Positions 37,717 to 47,156 are shown, counted from the first letter of the stretch. The stretch: 61,006 nucleotides of DNA from Syntrophomonadaceae bacterium (GCA_007130825.1 SLRT01000060.1:1-61006), one strand, 5' to 3'. The notes: generated from the sequence alone by a model not told the origin. Translations and numbers: made by a program.

Positions 37717-38955
37717 ATGGCAGCAAACAAAAGCTTGGAAGAAAAGCAAAAGATTGCCCATGAACGATCTGATGAGTTGAAAAATGCTGTAAGCGATTAC
37801 CGGGAAGCGCTGCAAAAGATGCCGATCGGCTTTGAGCGCTGGCCGCAAATCTTAGAAAACCAGAAAAGGATTAAGGAGTATTTCAAAGCTTCTGAGCAGG
37901 ACTGGGAAAACTGGCGCTGGCAGTTAAAGAACCGTATTACCACTATAGATGTCTTAAAAGAGCTTTTGCCGCTGGACAAACAGGAATTAGACGAAATCGA
38001 TAAAACCGGTTCACGTTACCGGTGGGCGGTTTCACCTTATTATTTGAGCTTGATCGATCCCGACGATCCCGATGACCCGGTAAAAAAACAGTGCATCCCG
38101 ACCATAAATGAATATATCGATCAGGAAGGCTATGACGATCCAATGGGCGAAGAATATACATCGCCTACTTCTGCTGTTACCCGCCGCTACCCTGACCGCC
38201 TGATTATCAAGGTTACCAATCAATGTGCGATGTACTGCCGTCATTGCCAGCGGCGAAGAGGAATTGGGGAAAAGGACCTGGCTACTCCGCGTGAAGAACT
38301 GGAAGAAGCAATTGATTATGTTCGTAATAATGAAGAAATCCGTGATGTTTTGCTCACCGGAGGAGACGGACTGATGCTTGATAATCAGACCGTAGCCTGG
38401 CTGTTGGAAGAACTGGACAGCATTCCTCACGTTGAAATCAAGCGCTTCGGTTCGCGGACCATGGTCACAATGCCCCAGCGGATCGATGATGAACTATGCC
38501 GGATTTTTTCTGAACATCTGCCCCTGTATGTAATTACGCATTACAACCATCCCCTGGAAGTAACTCCCCGCGCCCGGGAGGCCTGTTTTAAACTGGCCCG
38601 CTCCGGTGTAAGCATGGGCAACCAGACAGTACTGCTAAAGGGAGTAAATAACGATCCATTCGTAATACGTAAACTAAACCAGGATTTATTGAAAATGATG
38701 GTTCGGCCATACTTGATCTTTCATGCCAAGGCAGTAAAAGGAACATCGCATTTCCGGACCAAGGTTGAAGAAGGCATTGAAGTCATGGAGAAGTTGCGTG
38801 GATATACCTCCGGCCTGGCAATCCCGAACTTTGTAGTCAATGCCCCGTTTGGTTTAGGCAAAACACCGATGCTGCCGGAGTACCTGATCAGTATGGGCAA
38901 GGATTATTTAAAAATACGGACCTGGGAAAACAAGGTTGTGCATTACGATAATTGA
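37717..38955 (+). CDS. eam: Glutamate 2,3-aminomutase (KamA-family radical SAM/PLP enzyme)
   Basis: CAMYCRHCQRRR, DPMGEEYT.P, RRYPDRLII, PLP lysine in G.GKTP. N-terminal extension I..ER..ELK....DY and absence of the KamA C-terminal Zn region match recalled C. difficile Eam. Confidence 0.82.
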   Translation: MAANKSLEEKQKIAHERSDELKNAVSDYREALQKMPIGFERWPQILENQKRIKEYFKASEQDWENWRWQLKNRITTIDVLKELLPLDKQELDEIDKTGSRYRWAVSPYYLSLIDPDDPDDPVKKQCIPTINEYIDQEGYDDPMGEEYTSPTSAVTRRYPDRLIIKVTNQCAMYCRHCQRRRGIGEKDLATPREELEEAIDYVRNNEEIRDVLLTGGDGLMLDNQTVAWLLEELDSIPHVEIKRFGSRTMVTMPQRIDDELCRIFSEHLPLYVITHYNHPLEVTPRAREACFKLARSGVSMGNQTVLLKGVNNDPFVIRKLNQDLLKMMVRPYLIFHAKAVKGTSHFRTKVEEGIEVMEKLRGYTSGLAIPNFVVNAPFGLGKTPMLPEYLISMGKDYLKIRTWENKVVHYDN

Positions 38956-39293
38956 GGCCTGAGGTTTAGCCGCGCACGGGACCCTTTTAAAACAGCGAAT
39001 TATTTTCTGCCCGGACAGCGGCGCTGCGGATCCCGGTTTGTAAAATGACAATTGTTTTAAGTTTGCCGGTAACCGGGCAAAGTTTCACCAAATGTTTCCC
39101 GTCAGTCATATCTCCAATAACGGCTGTTTGCCCCATGTTAAATACCAGATTCATATTATTCATGGCGACAACCCTTTTTTGTATTGTCCGCAACCACGCT
39201 TTATTGCCAGTGAATTATTAAATAGCGCGAATACCGGCATAAGCGGTCCGGATTCTTTTAAATTCTTCCTTGTTCATTGACTTTTGTTGTTCA

Positions 39294-39322
39294 TTGAAAT
39301 TTTGTTCTCATTTTGCTACAAT
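39294..39322 (+). promoter_or_regulatory. SigA promoter for speD-speE-ndk
   Basis: TTGAAA-17 nt-TACAAT with extended -10 TG. Confidence 0.65.
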
Positions 39323-39371
39323 AAATTGTGGTGGTTTTATTTTGTAAAATAGATATAAGGAGGCATCAGAG

Positions 39372-39755
39372 ATGAGCGCTTTAGGCCGTCATATTTTAGC
39401 TGAGTTTTACGGTTGTCCCATGGAAACATTAAGCGATCAGGAGCAGATTAAGCGGTCCATGATAACAGCTGCTCTTGAGGCGGGAGCTGAAGTAAAAGAA
39501 ACAGTTTTTCACCAGTTCAGCCCGCAGGGTGTTAGTGGTGTTGTGGTTATATCAGAATCACACCTGGCTATTCATACCTGGCCTGAATTCGGGTACGCTG
39601 CAGTCGACGTCTTTACCTGCGGGCAAACAGTTGATCCATGGGTGTCATGTAATTATTTGAAACAAGCTTTTTCGGCCCAGAATATGTCGGCCCGGGAAAT
39701 AGAGCGCGGCATTTTTGATGTCCAGGTGGAATATAAGCCGGCAGCAAATTACTAA
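39372..39755 (+). CDS. speD: S-adenosylmethionine decarboxylase proenzyme (class 1B)
   Basis: [42 protein letters not shown]. Confidence 0.93.
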   Translation: MSALGRHILAEFYGCPMETLSDQEQIKRSMITAALEAGAEVKETVFHQFSPQGVSGVVVISESHLAIHTWPEFGYAAVDVFTCGQTVDPWVSCNYLKQAFSAQNMSAREIERGIFDVQVEYKPAANY

Positions 39756-39828
39756 GTTCTACCTGGGTTTAACCTGTGGCTATGACTTTAGAACTGCAGC
39801 TTAATATTATGCCGGGGAGGAATCGTAA

Positions 39829-40737
39829 ATGCCTTCTGAAAAGCATAAGTGGTACATCGACCAGACTTCTCGCGGTACGGCTCATATGTATGGGATTGAA
39901 TATTACATAAAGAGCTTGCAAACTCAGTATCAGCAAGTGGAAATAGCTGATACTGAGTTTTTCGGACGAATTTTAATTTTAGACGGTAAAGTACAATCTG
40001 CTGAGAATGATGAATATATTTATCATGAGGCGCTGGTTCATCCGGCAATGCTGATCTGTCCGTCACCTCGGCGTGTCCTGGTAATAGGAGGAGGCGAAGG
40101 GGCTACCCTGCGCGAGGTTCTTAAGCACCCGGATGTTGAACAGTTGATCATGGTAGATCTTGATCAGGAAGTAGTGAAACTTTGCCGGGAATATTTAAGC
40201 CGGTGGCACCAGGGCAGTTTTGATGATAAACGGGTCGAACTTATCTACATGGACGCCCGTAAATATCTGGAAAAAGAGAAAAATACTTTTGATGTGATCA
40301 TCAGTGATGTTCCTGAGCCGGTTGAGCAGGGGCCGGCTTTAAAACTGTTTACTACGCAGTATTTTGAATTAATAAAAGGCTGCCTCGCAGAAAAAGGCGT
40401 TTTTGCGCTGCAGGCCGGAGATTCCAGCCTGCCTTTTATTGAATCACACAGCGCAATCAATAATACAATTATAAGGGTAATGCCTTTTGTGCAGCCATAC
40501 CGGTCTTTTGTACCTTCATTTAATACAGAATGGGGTTTTATTCTCGCCTCTGCATACCCGTCGCAGTTACCCCCTGCCGATGAATTCAATCAGTTGATAG
40601 CAGACAGGAATTTAGATTTACACTATTTCGACGGAGAAACCGCCGGAGCCATGTTTGCTCTGCCCAAAGATATGCGCAGGCGATTAGAAGAAGAAACAAC
40701 GGTTATTGATGACCGCAACCTGCTAACAATTTACTGA
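39829..40737 (+). CDS. speE: Polyamine aminopropyltransferase
   Basis: LDG.VQS...DE.IYHE.LVHP, GGGEGATLREVLKH, MVD.D, DVIISD. Confidence 0.9.
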   Translation: MPSEKHKWYIDQTSRGTAHMYGIEYYIKSLQTQYQQVEIADTEFFGRILILDGKVQSAENDEYIYHEALVHPAMLICPSPRRVLVIGGGEGATLREVLKHPDVEQLIMVDLDQEVVKLCREYLSRWHQGSFDDKRVELIYMDARKYLEKEKNTFDVIISDVPEPVEQGPALKLFTTQYFELIKGCLAEKGVFALQAGDSSLPFIESHSAINNTIIRVMPFVQPYRSFVPSFNTEWGFILASAYPSQLPPADEFNQLIADRNLDLHYFDGETAGAMFALPKDMRRRLEEETTVIDDRNLLTIY

Positions 40738-40760
40738 CCATAAAGCGATGGGGGATATTG

Positions 40761-41219
40761 ATGAAAACAAGAGAACAAACATTTTTAATGGTTAAGCCCG
40801 ATGGCGTCCAACGGGGGCTGGTTGGAAATGTGATTAGCCGCTTGGAAAACAAGGGATTAAAGCTGGTGGCGATGAAAATGATCCATATTCCTGCCGATCT
40901 GGCTGCACGGCATTACGAAGAACATAAAGGGAAACCTTTTTATGATGGACTGATTGAATTTATAACTTCATCTCCGGTCGTGGCTATGATTTGGGAGGGC
41001 GATGACGCCATCGCGATGGTTCGCGCTATCGTCGGCGCCACCGATCCCCGAAAAGCTGACACCGGAACCATACGCGGAGATTTGGCCGTATTTATGGGCA
41101 AAAACATTGTCCATGCTTCCGATATGCCCGAAAGTGCCGCCAGAGAAATAGGACTGTTTTTCAACGATAAAGAAATTTTAGCCTACAGCCTGCCCCACGA
41201 AAGTTGCCTTTACGAATAA
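40761..41219 (+). CDS. ndk: Nucleoside diphosphate kinase
   Basis: TF.MVKPDGVQRGL.G, HY.EH.GKPF, GTIRGD, N.VHASD. Confidence 0.96.
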   Translation: MKTREQTFLMVKPDGVQRGLVGNVISRLENKGLKLVAMKMIHIPADLAARHYEEHKGKPFYDGLIEFITSSPVVAMIWEGDDAIAMVRAIVGATDPRKADTGTIRGDLAVFMGKNIVHASDMPESAAREIGLFFNDKEILAYSLPHESCLYE

Positions 41220-41269
41220 CGGTTTTAATAGGTTTTAATAAAGGTTAACAAATATAGGTCAAAAAAACA

Positions 41270-41296
41270 GGCGGCCGAATATCCAGGCCGCTTTTT
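41270..41296 (+). terminator. Intrinsic terminator after ndk
   Basis: GGCGGCC-loop-GGCCGCT followed by a T-tract, with an upstream A-tract. Confidence 0.7.
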
Positions 41297-41387
41297 GTTG
41301 TTCGAAATATCTGGCCGTTCTGTTTTAACGGCCCAAATTGAAACTTAACTTTATGAGAGCTTTATATTAAATAATCGCATTTAAGGC

Positions 41388-41437
41388 TTGCACACAAGAA
41401 GAATATCGCTTATAATATATATAACTAATATAGTTAG
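41388..41437 (+). promoter_or_regulatory. SigA promoter with downstream Rrf2-type operator
   Basis: TTGCAC-17 nt-TATAAT (41388-41416), then ATAACTA-ATA-TAGTTAG (41421-41437). Confidence 0.65.
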
Positions 41438-41459
41438 TATCAAAGGTGGTGTCTTGATT

Positions 41460-42086
41460 ATGTTTGCGACCAAGTGTCCCGGGCAAGACATGCGTTACTG
41501 GACCGCAGATGATGTCAGTGAAGAAAAATGTCCACAGTGCGGCGAAATGATTGAGTTTTTCAAAACCGATATTCGTCTGCGCTGCCGCAACTGCAAGACC
41601 AGGGTGGCGAACCCCCAATTTGACATGGGCTGTGCTCAATGGTGCGCTCACGCTGAAATGTGCCTCGGTCCCGGCGTAAAGGGATTACAAAATAAATCTT
41701 ACAAAGATATACTGGTGGAGGAGTTTGAGCAATTATCCGGTGGGTGGACTGAAAGTGTTGCCCTGGTAAAAGATATAATTGGACAGGCTGAAAATAAATG
41801 CCGCCGGGATAATGTAGATATGCTGCAGGTTGTTGCCAGTATTGTGATTGTCGCCCTGGTAAAACTAAATATTATTACCGACGCGGATGCCTTTTTACAA
41901 GAACTAAAGCAAAAACATTCATTTCCCCCGGAAGCGCTGAAAGAAATCCGGATGATAGTGGAAATAATTTTAGAAGGTAAGCTGCCAGAAAGCGGCAAAA
42001 AAGAGCCAGAAAAAGAAATTATGGCAAATATAATTAATGAAGTATTTAATGAGCAGGATAAAGAGTTTACTGACCTGCATCAATAA
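41460..42086 (+). CDS. Cys-rich (8 Cys) metal-binding domain fused to a degenerate HD-like helical domain
   Basis: KCPGQD...CPQC...EFF..D....CRNC....NP....GCAQWC..A..C. ATG at 41460 after AAGGTGG. Confidence 0.7.
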   Translation: MFATKCPGQDMRYWTADDVSEEKCPQCGEMIEFFKTDIRLRCRNCKTRVANPQFDMGCAQWCAHAEMCLGPGVKGLQNKSYKDILVEEFEQLSGGWTESVALVKDIIGQAENKCRRDNVDMLQVVASIVIVALVKLNIITDADAFLQELKQKHSFPPEALKEIRMIVEIILEGKLPESGKKEPEKEIMANIINEVFNEQDKEFTDLHQ

Positions 42087-42116
42087 TCCTGTGTATTTAT
42101 AAGGGGGAGTTGAAAA

Positions 42117-42860
42117 ATGAGTAAAGTTAAAAGAAAGATTATTACTATTGATGAAAACAAATGCGACGGCTGCGGGCTGTGTATTCCTTCCTGCGAAGAA
42201 GGCGCTTTGCAGATTATTGACGGCAAAGCAAGGCTGGTTAAAGATGTATATTGCGACGGGTTGGGCAACTGCCTTGGAGAGTGTCCCCAGGGGGCGATAA
42301 AGATGATTGAACGCGAAGCCGAACCATTTGATGAAAAAGCAGTGGAAGAACACCTGGAGAAGCTGAAAAGAGAAGGCGGAAGCGAACTGGATGACAAAAT
42401 CCGCTGTGGAGGCAGTGCGACACGCGATATCAGCAGGTTTTCTGAAACTGAGAAAAAAACTGAAGCGGTAAGCGATCAGCAAAGTGCAGTGGAAGCAGAG
42501 TTAAGCCACTGGCCGGTGCAGCTGCACCTGGTTTCACCGGAAGCCCGCTTTCTGCAAAACCAGGACTTGCTGATTGCCGCCGATTGTGTTCCTTTTGCCT
42601 GTGCCGACTTTCATCCCCGTTTTCTGGCCGGCCGCGCTCTTTTAATCGGATGTCCCAAGTTGGATGATGTCGATACATACCACGACAAACTGGTTGAGAT
42701 ATTTAAAAGAAACAATTTAAAAAGCATTAACCTGGTGCACATGGAAGTGGGCTGTTGTTTCGGTTTATCCCGCCTGGTCCATTCAGCCTTGCAGGAGGCC
42801 GGTATCGAGATTCCCGTAACTGAAACTATAGTCGGCGTAGATGGCAGCATCAGACAGTAA
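42117..42860 (+). CDS. 2x[4Fe-4S] ferredoxin-domain protein with C-terminal Cys-containing domain
   Basis: CDGCGLC...C, YCDGLG.CLGECP, WPVQLHL, AADC, GCPKLD, MEV.CC.GL. Confidence 0.85.
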   Translation: MSKVKRKIITIDENKCDGCGLCIPSCEEGALQIIDGKARLVKDVYCDGLGNCLGECPQGAIKMIEREAEPFDEKAVEEHLEKLKREGGSELDDKIRCGGSATRDISRFSETEKKTEAVSDQQSAVEAELSHWPVQLHLVSPEARFLQNQDLLIAADCVPFACADFHPRFLAGRALLIGCPKLDDVDTYHDKLVEIFKRNNLKSINLVHMEVGCCFGLSRLVHSALQEAGIEIPVTETIVGVDGSIRQ

Positions 42861-42893
42861 ACCGCTGCTGGTTAAACCGCAGTCTCAGATGGT

Positions 42894-43307
42894 TCAATTA
42901 TCCTTTGAAGCTTCTTCTGCGAGGTCTTTTATGGAGACATCTTCCAGAACAGAAAGCATACCCTGCTGGGCCCTGGACCATATTCCCCTCAGGGAGCAGT
43001 GTGTTTTATCCTGGCAGGGAGTATCATTGAAGAGGCAGCGGGTTATAGAAATCGGGCCGTCAATTTTTTCAATGACCTGTCTTAAATATATGTTTGACGG
43101 GTCGCCGGTCAACGTGATTCCACCGGCGGGTCCCCTGCTGCCGCTGGTCCAACCGGCTTGATTTAAAATTGCAAGCAGTTGAACGACCAGGTTTACCGGT
43201 ATTGAACGGTTTCGGGCTATTTCTTTGCTGGTAATGACCGATCCCCGGGGATAGGAGGCTAATTCAGTCAAAATTATTATTGCATATTCAGCTTTTTTAG
43301 TAATCAT
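42894..43307 (-). CDS. Rrf2 family transcriptional regulator (3-Cys, Fe-S type)
   Basis: MITKK.EYAI, S.RG..GG..L, L..VIE..DG, C......C.....C. Confidence 0.9.
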   Translation of the reverse strand: MITKKAEYAIIILTELASYPRGSVITSKEIARNRSIPVNLVVQLLAILNQAGWTSGSRGPAGGITLTGDPSNIYLRQVIEKIDGPISITRCLFNDTPCQDKTHCSLRGIWSRAQQGMLSVLEDVSIKDLAEEASKDN

Positions 43308-43329
43308 ATTTCGGCCCCTTTAAATATAA

Positions 43330-43388
43330 ATAACCAGGTTGGTTATATTATATTTCAAGAGCCCGGGGCAGTCAACCGGTATAGTTAT
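43330..43388 (-). promoter_or_regulatory. SigA promoter of rrf2 flanked by two operators
   Basis: Minus-strand TTGACT (43375-43370)-17 nt-TATAAT (43352-43347). Operators ATAACCA-GGT-TGGTTAT (43330-43346) and TCAACCG-GTA-TAGTTAT (43372-43388). Confidence 0.7.
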
Positions 43389-43472
43389 TCCTTATATTGT
43401 TCTTTGAATTTGCACTAATATGTATTATAATTATATCAGTATGGTTTGCAAATAATTAGAAAAGGTCGTTGA

Positions 43473-44858
43473 TTGAAAGTGAAAATGAAACAATTAGCTA
43501 AGATTTTTACAACCGCCTTAGTTTTAATATTTATATTTGCCGGCCTGGCTTATACAAACCCGGTCAGCGCCGATGTTGAGCCTGGTGTTAACGATGAACA
43601 GCAGCCGGTGTATGTGGCTGAGCTGGAAGGGGCTGTCACTGCCGGGCAAAACACCTTCCTGCACCGGCAGGTGGAAAAAGCCAGGGAAGTGGATGCCCAG
43701 CTGTTTATTCTGGTATTGAACACCCCCGGCGGGCTGGTTGACGCGACCCTGAAGATGAATGAACTCTTTTTAAACGCCGAAATGCCGATCGCCGTACTTG
43801 TCGCGCCGTCCGGGGCAATCGCCGGTTCAGCCGGGGCTTTTATCCTGGTTTCATCAGATATAGCAGCTATGGCTCCGGGAACAACAGTCGGCGCCGCTCA
43901 ACCGGTAGCAATTTCACCGGAGGGAACACAGGAAACCGATGAGAAAACCGTTCAGTTTTACTCTGCCCATTTACGAAGTATGGCCCGTGAACAAGGCCGT
44001 CCGGAAGATCTGGCTGAAAAATTTGTCACAGAAAACCTGACTCTCAATGCCAGGGAAGCCCTGGAAGAAGGAATGATTGAATACCTGGCCGGCAGTGTAT
44101 CTGAATTGATGGATGAGCTCGACGGAACAGAAATAGAAAAACAGGGTGTAACATATGCCTTAAATACCGCCAATGCAGAAATCCAGAGGGATGAAATGAC
44201 CCTTTCCGAACGACTGCAAAACTGGGTCAGTGATCCCCAGATTTCTTTTTTGGTCCTGATGGCCGGCTTTCTGGGCATTTACTTTGGTTTGAGTGCGCCG
44301 GGGACCATAGTTCCCGAAGTAAGTGGGCTGATATTGCTTATTCTCGGTATATACGGCCTCGGGCTGTTTGACACCAATACCACCGGCATAGTGCTGATTT
44401 TACTGGGCGCCGGTTTAATTGCAGCTGAAATATTTACCTCCGGTTTTGGCATTCTCGGTATTGGAGGAGCAGCTTCACTCGCAGCCGGGGCAATATTGCT
44501 GCCCATGGAACCCCTGATGGCCAGTGATTGGTACACTACTTTCCTGATTACGGTTGTGGGGACTGTCCTGGGTTTACTGCTGATTGTCCTCGTAGTGGCC
44601 CAAAGAGTGATTCAAAGCCGCCGTACGTATACCGGTGGCAGTACATATTTTAAGCCGCCGGAAAAAGGCGTTGCCGCTGAAGATTTAAAACCGGAAGGAA
44701 TGATCAGGGCCCGGGGAGAATTATGGAAGGCGCGCAGTGAAGACGGCAGCACTATTCCAGCCGGAAGCGAAGTTGAAATAGTTCGCGCTGAAACCTTAAA
44801 ACTGTGGGTTCGCCCCCTGCAGGAAAAACAACCGCACTCTGATCATAAAAGCGAATGA
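43473..44858 (+). CDS. nfeD: Long NfeD (ClpP-class membrane serine protease)
   Basis: Signal peptide, LNTPGG, A.SAGAFI, AMAPGT.VGAA.P, TM bundle, C-terminal OB fold (L.PEG.I...GE.W.A). Start codon uncertain. Confidence 0.9.
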   Translation: MKVKMKQLAKIFTTALVLIFIFAGLAYTNPVSADVEPGVNDEQQPVYVAELEGAVTAGQNTFLHRQVEKAREVDAQLFILVLNTPGGLVDATLKMNELFLNAEMPIAVLVAPSGAIAGSAGAFILVSSDIAAMAPGTTVGAAQPVAISPEGTQETDEKTVQFYSAHLRSMAREQGRPEDLAEKFVTENLTLNAREALEEGMIEYLAGSVSELMDELDGTEIEKQGVTYALNTANAEIQRDEMTLSERLQNWVSDPQISFLVLMAGFLGIYFGLSAPGTIVPEVSGLILLILGIYGLGLFDTNTTGIVLILLGAGLIAAEIFTSGFGILGIGGAASLAAGAILLPMEPLMASDWYTTFLITVVGTVLGLLLIVLVVAQRVIQSRRTYTGGSTYFKPPEKGVAAEDLKPEGMIRARGELWKARSEDGSTIPAGSEVEIVRAETLKLWVRPLQEKQPHSDHKSE

Positions 44859-44930
44859 CAGACTGTTACATTATTAATAAGCATACAAAACAAGTTGGCA
44901 AGCTTTAATATTATTCATTAAGGAGGTTTA

Positions 44931-45746
44931 ATGAAGATGCAAGAAATTTTTGGTGATGTCGGTTTGTATATCCCTATACTGGTAATTGTTTTTCTGTTTC
45001 TTACTTCAGCAATCAAGATCGTCCGTGAATACGAAAGGCTGGTAGTATTTCGCCTCGGGCGCCTGATTGGTGAAAAAGGTCCGGGTTTTGTATTAGTCAT
45101 TCCAATTGTCGACAAGCTAGTGCGCATCTCGCTGCGGATTATCACCCTTGACGTTCCGAGTCAGGAAGTCATCACCCGCGATAACGTAACAACCAGTGTA
45201 AACGCTGTAGTTTATTACCGGGTAGTCGAACCTAACCGCGCGGTTAACAATGTCGAGGATTTTAAAATGGCTACTGCTCAACTGGCCCAGACTACTCTGC
45301 GCAGTGTAGCCGGTCAGGCCGATCTTGATGAACTTTTATCGGAAAGAGAAAAGTTAAATTCCAAGATACAAGGTATCTTGGATGAAGCAACCGACCCATG
45401 GGGCATCAAGGTTACGGCAGTGGAAATTAAAGATGTAGTTATACCGGAATCGCTGCAGAAGGCTATATCAAGACAGGCAACCGCTGAAAGAGAAAGAAGG
45501 GCTGTTATTGTTCAGGCTGACGGAGAAAGAGAAGCCGCCGGAAGAATTGCTGAAGCAGCTAAAACTTTAGCTGCCCAGGAAGGCAGCTTCTACATCCGCT
45601 TATTGAGAACCCTGCCCGAAATTGCCAGTCAACAGGGGAATTTAATTGCATTTCCCCTGCCTATCGAATTAAGGCAACTGCTGCCTGACCCATTTAAAGC
45701 AGCCATTGAATTAACAGAAGAACAAAAAAAAGATGATGAAGAGTAA
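44931..45746 (+). CDS. Stomatin-like SPFH (slipin) protein
   Basis: EYER.VVFRLGR...KGPG, QEVITRDNV, AQTTLRSV.G, ATDPWGIKV..VEIKDV, QA.AERERRA. Canonical partner of nfeD. Confidence 0.93.
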   Translation: MKMQEIFGDVGLYIPILVIVFLFLTSAIKIVREYERLVVFRLGRLIGEKGPGFVLVIPIVDKLVRISLRIITLDVPSQEVITRDNVTTSVNAVVYYRVVEPNRAVNNVEDFKMATAQLAQTTLRSVAGQADLDELLSEREKLNSKIQGILDEATDPWGIKVTAVEIKDVVIPESLQKAISRQATAERERRAVIVQADGEREAAGRIAEAAKTLAAQEGSFYIRLLRTLPEIASQQGNLIAFPLPIELRQLLPDPFKAAIELTEEQKKDDEE

Positions 45747-45768
45747 ACCCTATGATCAATAAATTATC

Positions 45769-46689
45769 ATGATCCGGACGGGTGAACAAAAAACAATACC
45801 TTACCAAACAGCGTTTGTGATAAATCCTGCCGCTGGTGGAGGAAAAGCCGGACGGGTCTGGTTAAAAATTGAATCCTTGTTAAAACAGACCGGGCAGCAG
45901 TACCGGGCCTATTTTACCCGTTTTGCGGGTGAGGGTAGCGGGCTTGCTGCCCGGGGTGTGCTTGATGGCGCCGAACTGGTTGTGGCTGTCGGCGGTGATG
46001 GTACGCTGAGAGAGGTCATCAACGGACTGGACTTGAATGATAATATCTTTGGCGTAATTCCTGCCGGAACAGGGAACGGCTTTATCCGCTCATGCGGTAT
46101 CCCGCTTCACTGGCATAAAGCTTTACAGGGACTAGCCGAATGGAACCCCCGCCAGATTGATATCGGCACTGTTAATGGAACTTACTTTTTAAATGTGGTC
46201 GGAATGGGGTTTGATGCTGCAGTCGCCAGAGCGGCTGCAGCCAAATATAATAAACTGAGCGGTTATTTGGCCTATCTAGCCGCTTTTCTGGATCAAATAG
46301 CTTTATTTAAGCGCTTTTGCTGCCGTGTTAAATGCAACGGCCTTTATTTTGAAGATAATCAAACACTGCTGGCTGTTGTGGCCAACGGTTCATATTACGG
46401 CGGCAAGTTATGTATTGCTCCTCAGGCGGTTATTGACGATGGCTATTTAGATCTTTGCCTGATCAGGAAACGAAATATTCCGGAGCTTGCTGCTTTGGGG
46501 GCCAGGGTTGCCTTAAAAAAACATATCGAAAGCCGGGCATTAATTAAGTTCAAAGGTCAAAATATTTGCCTGGAAGACGCTCAAAGAGTTCCTGTCCATA
46601 TTGACGGTGACGTGGTCGAATTGCCGGCGCTTGAGATTTGTGTAAAGCCGGGGGCTTTGCATATTTTGGCCCCGCGACGGGAAACTTGA
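45769..46689 (+). CDS. Diacylglycerol/YegS family lipid kinase
   Basis: INP.AG.G, VGGDGT..EV.NG, PAGTGN, G.GFDA, N..YYGG, DDG.LD, IDG. Confidence 0.9.
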   Translation: MIRTGEQKTIPYQTAFVINPAAGGGKAGRVWLKIESLLKQTGQQYRAYFTRFAGEGSGLAARGVLDGAELVVAVGGDGTLREVINGLDLNDNIFGVIPAGTGNGFIRSCGIPLHWHKALQGLAEWNPRQIDIGTVNGTYFLNVVGMGFDAAVARAAAAKYNKLSGYLAYLAAFLDQIALFKRFCCRVKCNGLYFEDNQTLLAVVANGSYYGGKLCIAPQAVIDDGYLDLCLIRKRNIPELAALGARVALKKHIESRALIKFKGQNICLEDAQRVPVHIDGDVVELPALEICVKPGALHILAPRRET

Positions 46690-46779
46690 TTAATTCAACA
46701 TGACAACAACGATTATAACCGCCTGTGGTTAATCGGTAGAGGAAGTCATGTAAATTATAAGTGAATTTTTCTTAACCTA

Positions 46780-46808
46780 TTGATAAGTTCTTAAAGAGTA
46801 GTTATAAT
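46780..46808 (+). promoter_or_regulatory. SigA promoter for tRNA-Leu
   Basis: TTGATA-17 nt-TATAAT. Confidence 0.75.
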
Positions 46809-46829
46809 AACATGGCAGGAACAAAACAG

Positions 46830-46916
46830 GCGAGCGTGGCGGAATGGCAGACGCGCTAGGTTCAGGACCTAGTGGGCTTTACGCCCGTGGAGGTTCAAGT
46901 CCTCTCGCTCGCACCA
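46830..46916 (+). tRNA. tRNA-Leu (anticodon CAG)
   Basis: Acceptor GCGAGCG/CGCTCGC, anticodon stem CTAGG/CCTAG with loop TT-CAG-GA, long variable arm, GGTTCAAGTCC, encoded CCA. Confidence 0.97.
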
Positions 46917-47025
46917 GGTAAACAAGGGGCTTAACGGGTTTTAGACATGCCTGGAAAGCCCCTAAATTATACCTTTTTGACACCAGTTTTAAATAAGACG
47001 AGGTTTCATGTTGTAATATATACTC

Positions 47026-47088
47026 CTTAACAGCAGGTTGTGCTGTATCTTTAATTAAGGCATCTTTAAATCACTCACTGCTGTTAAG
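47026..47088. repeat. 11-bp perfect inverted repeat upstream of usp, with partial direct copies downstream of usp
   Basis: CTTAACAGCAG (47026) / CTGCTGTTAAG (47078). ACAGCAGGTTG at 47030 and 47628. TCCTTAACAGC at 47024 and 47745. Confidence 0.6.
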
Positions 47089-47156
47089 ATTATTGCTTTG
47101 CAACTTCTTTATGGTAAACTTAAAGCAGATAATTACTTTTGAAAGGGAGCGTTAAT

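Noticed and set aside
47025-47089. Integron attC site
   Set aside because: The L boxes are not complementary, the spacers pair perfectly instead of forming the unpaired region, and no integron integrase is present. Kept only as an unexplained repeat.
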